18,168 bases of DNA from positions 6,939-25,106 of the forward strand of contig CBFGIY010000033.1 in NCBI GenBank assembly GCA_965648935.1, read 5' to 3'. Below, piece after piece: positions 15,587-18,168 of the stretch; the first letter of the stretch is position 1, and each line of letters starts with the position of its first letter. Below the pieces are notes generated by a model. That model ran no database searches, had not been told where the DNA came from, and worked only from the letters and a program-made list of their open reading frames with translations. The translations under genes were made by a program, and so were the position numbers. The DNA comes from a candidate division WOR-3 bacterium (GTDB lineage Bacteria; Hydrothermota; Tepidihabitantia; Tepidihabitantales; Tepidihabitantaceae).

Positions 15587-16795
15587 ATGCCGACAAGAAA
15601 CGCCTGCGCGATGCTGCTTCTGCTCGTCTTCGCCGCGCCCGCCCCGGCCCGTGCGCCCCGCGCCGGCGACGAGTTCATCTACCGCCCGGTGTCCATCTCA
15701 CTCATTCCGCCAGTTTCGACCAACTGGCTTTCCGCCCGCCGCGTGAAGAGCAACCTCTCGCTCAACCTCGTCGGCGGACGGCTGGGCCGGCTCGAAGGTG
15801 TGGAACTTGGCGCGCTCTACAATTCCGTGCGCGAAGACATCATCGGCGTGCAGGCCGCGTTCGGCGGCAACGCCTGCGGCGGCAGCGTCACCGGCGCCCA
15901 GCTCGGGTTCGGCGCTTCGGTTGCCGACGGCGCGGTGCGCGGCGCCCAGTGCGCGTTCGGCGCGGTCTTCGCCGGCTCGGGCCTGTCCGGGGTTCAGCTC
16001 GCTTTCGGGGCCGCGGTCTCCGACGGCAGAGTCGCGGGCCTGCAGTCGGCATTTGGCGCCACGGTCGCGGACGGCGACCTTACCGGCGCCCAGCTCTGCA
16101 CCGGCGTCAACGTCACCGGCGGCGACCTGCGCGGGGCCCAGCTCGGCTCGGCCAACATCTGCGCCGGCCAGTCGGTACTCCAACTTGGATTCCTCAACGC
16201 CGCCGGCCGCACCCGGCTCGCCCAGCTCGGATTTGTCAACATCGCCGACCGCGTCGACGGCATCCAGGTCGGTTTCGTCAATATCGCGGAACGGTCCGAC
16301 TGGTCGTTCGGCTTCATCTCGGTCGCCGAAAACGGCCGGTTTGACTTCTGCATCGAGACGGGCGATGCTCCGCTCGGCGCCGTCGCGCTCAAAGCCGGCA
16401 CCCGCCGGGTCTACAATGTCTTCACGCTCGGCTACACGCCGGCTGACAGCGCGCGCCTGTTCACCGGCATCGGCATCGGCGTCCACTTCCCGTTCGACCG
16501 CTTCTTCATCGACTGCGACATCACCACGCACTCGGTCTTCCGCGGGCCGAAGTGGTTCTCGGCCGGCTCAGACTTCGGCGTGCTCGCGCGCGTCCGACCC
16601 GCGGTCGGGTACCGGCTGACCCGCTGGCTCGCGCTTGCGGCCGGGCCCAGCCTCGCGCTCTGGCGTTCGGACGACGAAGACGGCTCGGCGGTCGCGCTCT
16701 ACGAACTGCCGCTGTGGACCGGGACCGCGCCCTACCGCCGCGCCTGGCCCGGCTTCACCATCGGACTTCAGGTGACACCGGGCGCGACCGAATAG
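15587..16795 (+). CDS. Secreted/outer-membrane protein with LA_2272-like G-x-Q surface repeats (beta-helix) and a C-terminal beta-stranded domain
   Basis: Signal peptide; PVSISLIPPVSTN..NLSLNLVGG; about seven 16-aa repeats (e.g. SVTGAQLGFGASVADG, RVAGLQSAFGATVADG); shorter QLGFVNIA repeats; amphipathic strands ending WPGFTIGLQV. Confidence 0.8.
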   Translation: MPTRNACAMLLLLVFAAPAPARAPRAGDEFIYRPVSISLIPPVSTNWLSARRVKSNLSLNLVGGRLGRLEGVELGALYNSVREDIIGVQAAFGGNACGGSVTGAQLGFGASVADGAVRGAQCAFGAVFAGSGLSGVQLAFGAAVSDGRVAGLQSAFGATVADGDLTGAQLCTGVNVTGGDLRGAQLGSANICAGQSVLQLGFLNAAGRTRLAQLGFVNIADRVDGIQVGFVNIAERSDWSFGFISVAENGRFDFCIETGDAPLGAVALKAGTRRVYNVFTLGYTPADSARLFTGIGIGVHFPFDRFFIDCDITTHSVFRGPKWFSAGSDFGVLARVRPAVGYRLTRWLALAAGPSLALWRSDDEDGSAVALYELPLWTGTAPYRRAWPGFTIGLQVTPGATE

Positions 16796-16933
16796 CGCGC
16801 GTCCCCGCCCGGCACAACTCGCTGGCCTGCTCGTCGCTATGAGCGCGCAATCATACAAGTGACCACACTTTTGGGAAATTACGACGTCTTCCCAGAATCC
16901 ACACCAAATACCGGGAACGGCAGGGGGAGTCGT

Positions 16934-17125
16934 CCCCTGGGTGACCATCTTCACGAGCTTCTCGGCCGCCGGCCGCGCCAGCCGAAGGGCAGGCACAACA
17001 GCAAACCGGCTCACAACCCGTCACTTGACCAGAACCGCGACTCGCAGCACAAGCCAGACCGCGACCCGCGCAGCGGCCCTCGAATCGACACCGAGAGTCA
17101 ACCTCAACTCCAACTACTGGGCAGC
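16934..17125. repeat. Cryptic degenerate 12-nt tandem array of 16 units
   Basis: Phased from 16934: position 1 is C in 14/16 units, position 9 is a pyrimidine in 16/16, position 11 is a purine in 16/16, and position 8 is never C. Examples: ccgtcacttgac, cagaaccgcgac, ccagaccgcgac, cctcgaatcgac. Confidence 0.6.
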
Positions 17126-17211
17126 CCGCCGCGTTTGACCGGCAATCCCCACCCGCTCGCCTCTGCTGATGTACCCTGAAGGCTGAAGTCTGCCACACCT
17201 CCCCCGCCCGC

Positions 17212-17239
17212 CTGACTCTGTAGCGCGCCCACCTAGAAT
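17212..17239 (+). promoter_or_regulatory. Sigma70-type promoter for the small Cys protein
   Basis: CTGACT-N16-TAGAAT, with the same -10 and spacing as the 2481 promoter. Confidence 0.55.
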
Positions 17240-17283
17240 CGGCATCAGACTCAGGCTCATCTGGAACTGAAGGGAGTGCCGCC

Positions 17284-17478
17284 GTGAAACAGCGCAAGTC
17301 CGAGACCCGGATATGTCCCCTGATGGCCGGACCGCCCCACATCACCTGCCTCGGTACGAAGTGCATGCTGTACAAGGAAGAATCCGACTCCGGCGTTGCT
17401 TACTGCATCCTGAGAAGCATCGACTCGCTCGCGGAATCGCTGGACAAGCTCCGGCAAATCGTGGACAAACTGATGTAG
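17284..17478 (+). CDS. Small 64-aa protein with four Cys (C-x10-C-x4-C-x13-C) and a C-terminal amphipathic helix; possible Zn binder
   Basis: AAGGGAG SD, GTG start and its own promoter. Protein-like sequence CPLM...C...C...YC followed by SIDSLAESLDKLRQIVDKLM. Confidence 0.7.
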   Translation: MKQRKSETRICPLMAGPPHITCLGTKCMLYKEESDSGVAYCILRSIDSLAESLDKLRQIVDKLM

Positions 17479-17874
17479 GCGGCCCGGCACGCGCAGGCGC
17501 CGCCGCTGTCTGACACCGCGCCCGCGCAGGGGCGCGTCGGGTCGTGTCGCCCTTCTCGAGAAACTCGCCCGTTCTGCTCGCCGCTGACTACTGGCTGTTG
17601 ACAGCTCTCTGTCCCTCGCCCGCCTCGTCCGCAGGTCAGCCCCATTGACAGCCTGACCCGACGCCTTACACCGATATATGGGACAGGCAAGCGCCAGGGG
17701 TTACCGGCCGGCGTCATCCCGCCCGGCCGCGGCCGACGCTTCGATCCGTGGCGCGCGAAACGAGAAGTGTACCGGGCCTCGATCTTTCCTGCATGTTCCG
17801 CAATCGGTTGACGGCAGTCCCGACTCGGACGGCGCGATTGGGCGACGCCCGGCGCTGCCAGAGAAGGAGGAAAG

Positions 17875-18168
17875 ATGAGCCCGAATAGACCGAAGCGCGG
17901 CGCCGGCCCGGCGCCGGAACCGAAAGGCAAAGTCCCGACCGTGGTGGACTGGGTGAACCGGATGCTGCTTCGAGCGGCCCGCGACGGAGCCAGCGAGATT
18001 CACCTCCGGTCAACCGGCCCCGGAGTGACCGTGCTGTTCCGGATTGACGGCGAGCCGCGCCGGGTCGATGGGCCGCCCGGCGAATTCGACTTCGCCGTCA
18101 TCGAGCGCGTCAAGCGGATGTCGCGAATGACCCCGACCGAGGAGAGCATCGCGCGGCAAGGCGAATTC
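17875..18168 (+). CDS. GspE/PilB-family secretion ATPase-like protein, N-terminal part, truncated by the window end
   Basis: AAGGAGG SD and ATG at 17875. Translation ...VVDWVNRMLLRAARDGASEIHLRSTGPGVTVLFRIDGEPRRVDGPP...VIERVKRMSRM...RQGEF resembles the GspE/PilB N2 motifs ASDIH, RIDG, RIK.MA and QDG. Confidence 0.75.
   Translation, partial: MSPNRPKRGAGPAPEPKGKVPTVVDWVNRMLLRAARDGASEIHLRSTGPGVTVLFRIDGEPRRVDGPPGEFDFAVIERVKRMSRMTPTEESIARQGEF

Noticed and set aside
15836..16330. 48-nt-period repeats as a CRISPR or DNA repeat
   Set aside because: They are in-frame protein repeats with synonymous divergence and no repeat-spacer structure.
16859..17179. 106-aa ORF as a confident CDS
   Set aside because: No SD, atypical codon usage and no domain; kept only as one explanation for the 12-nt array.
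17680..17870. c-di-GMP-I riboswitch ahead of the GspE/PilB-like gene
   Set aside because: GGGGTTACCG resembles the aptamer 3' end, but the GGCAAA-stem-GAAA-stem-GACGCAAA core is absent.

Overview
GC-rich bacterial chromosomal window with mostly housekeeping and envelope genes. T9SS-type C-terminal sorting domains, an LptD-like protein ending RDLHCWE and an archaeal-type FBP aldolase/phosphatase suggest an FCB-related anaerobe such as candidate phylum WOR-3 (inference). Gene order: partial CDS; degenerate acyl-CoA dehydrogenase; secreted tandem CarboxypepD_reg protein; orphan T9SS-CTD remnant (-); HdrD/GlpC-like Fe-S protein; PBP1A; HhH-GPD glycosylase missing from the ORF track (no canonical start); LptD-like protein; Maf. 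Then on the minus strand: lipoprotein, secreted protein, beta-flower protein, YceD, MoxR, FBP aldolase/phosphatase. Then on the plus strand: M6 metalloprotease with T9SS CTD, surface-repeat protein, small 4-Cys protein and a truncated GspE/PilB-like gene. Sigma70-type promoters are easy to read, and two appear to drive leaderless mRNAs. I saw no rRNA, tRNA, CRISPR array, transposase or integrase. The most unusual signals are a cryptic 16-unit degenerate 12-nt array (16934-17125), 7/8-nt periodic tracts inside T9SS-CTD coding sequence, the orphan CTD, and oddities at both ends of the glycosylase gene.
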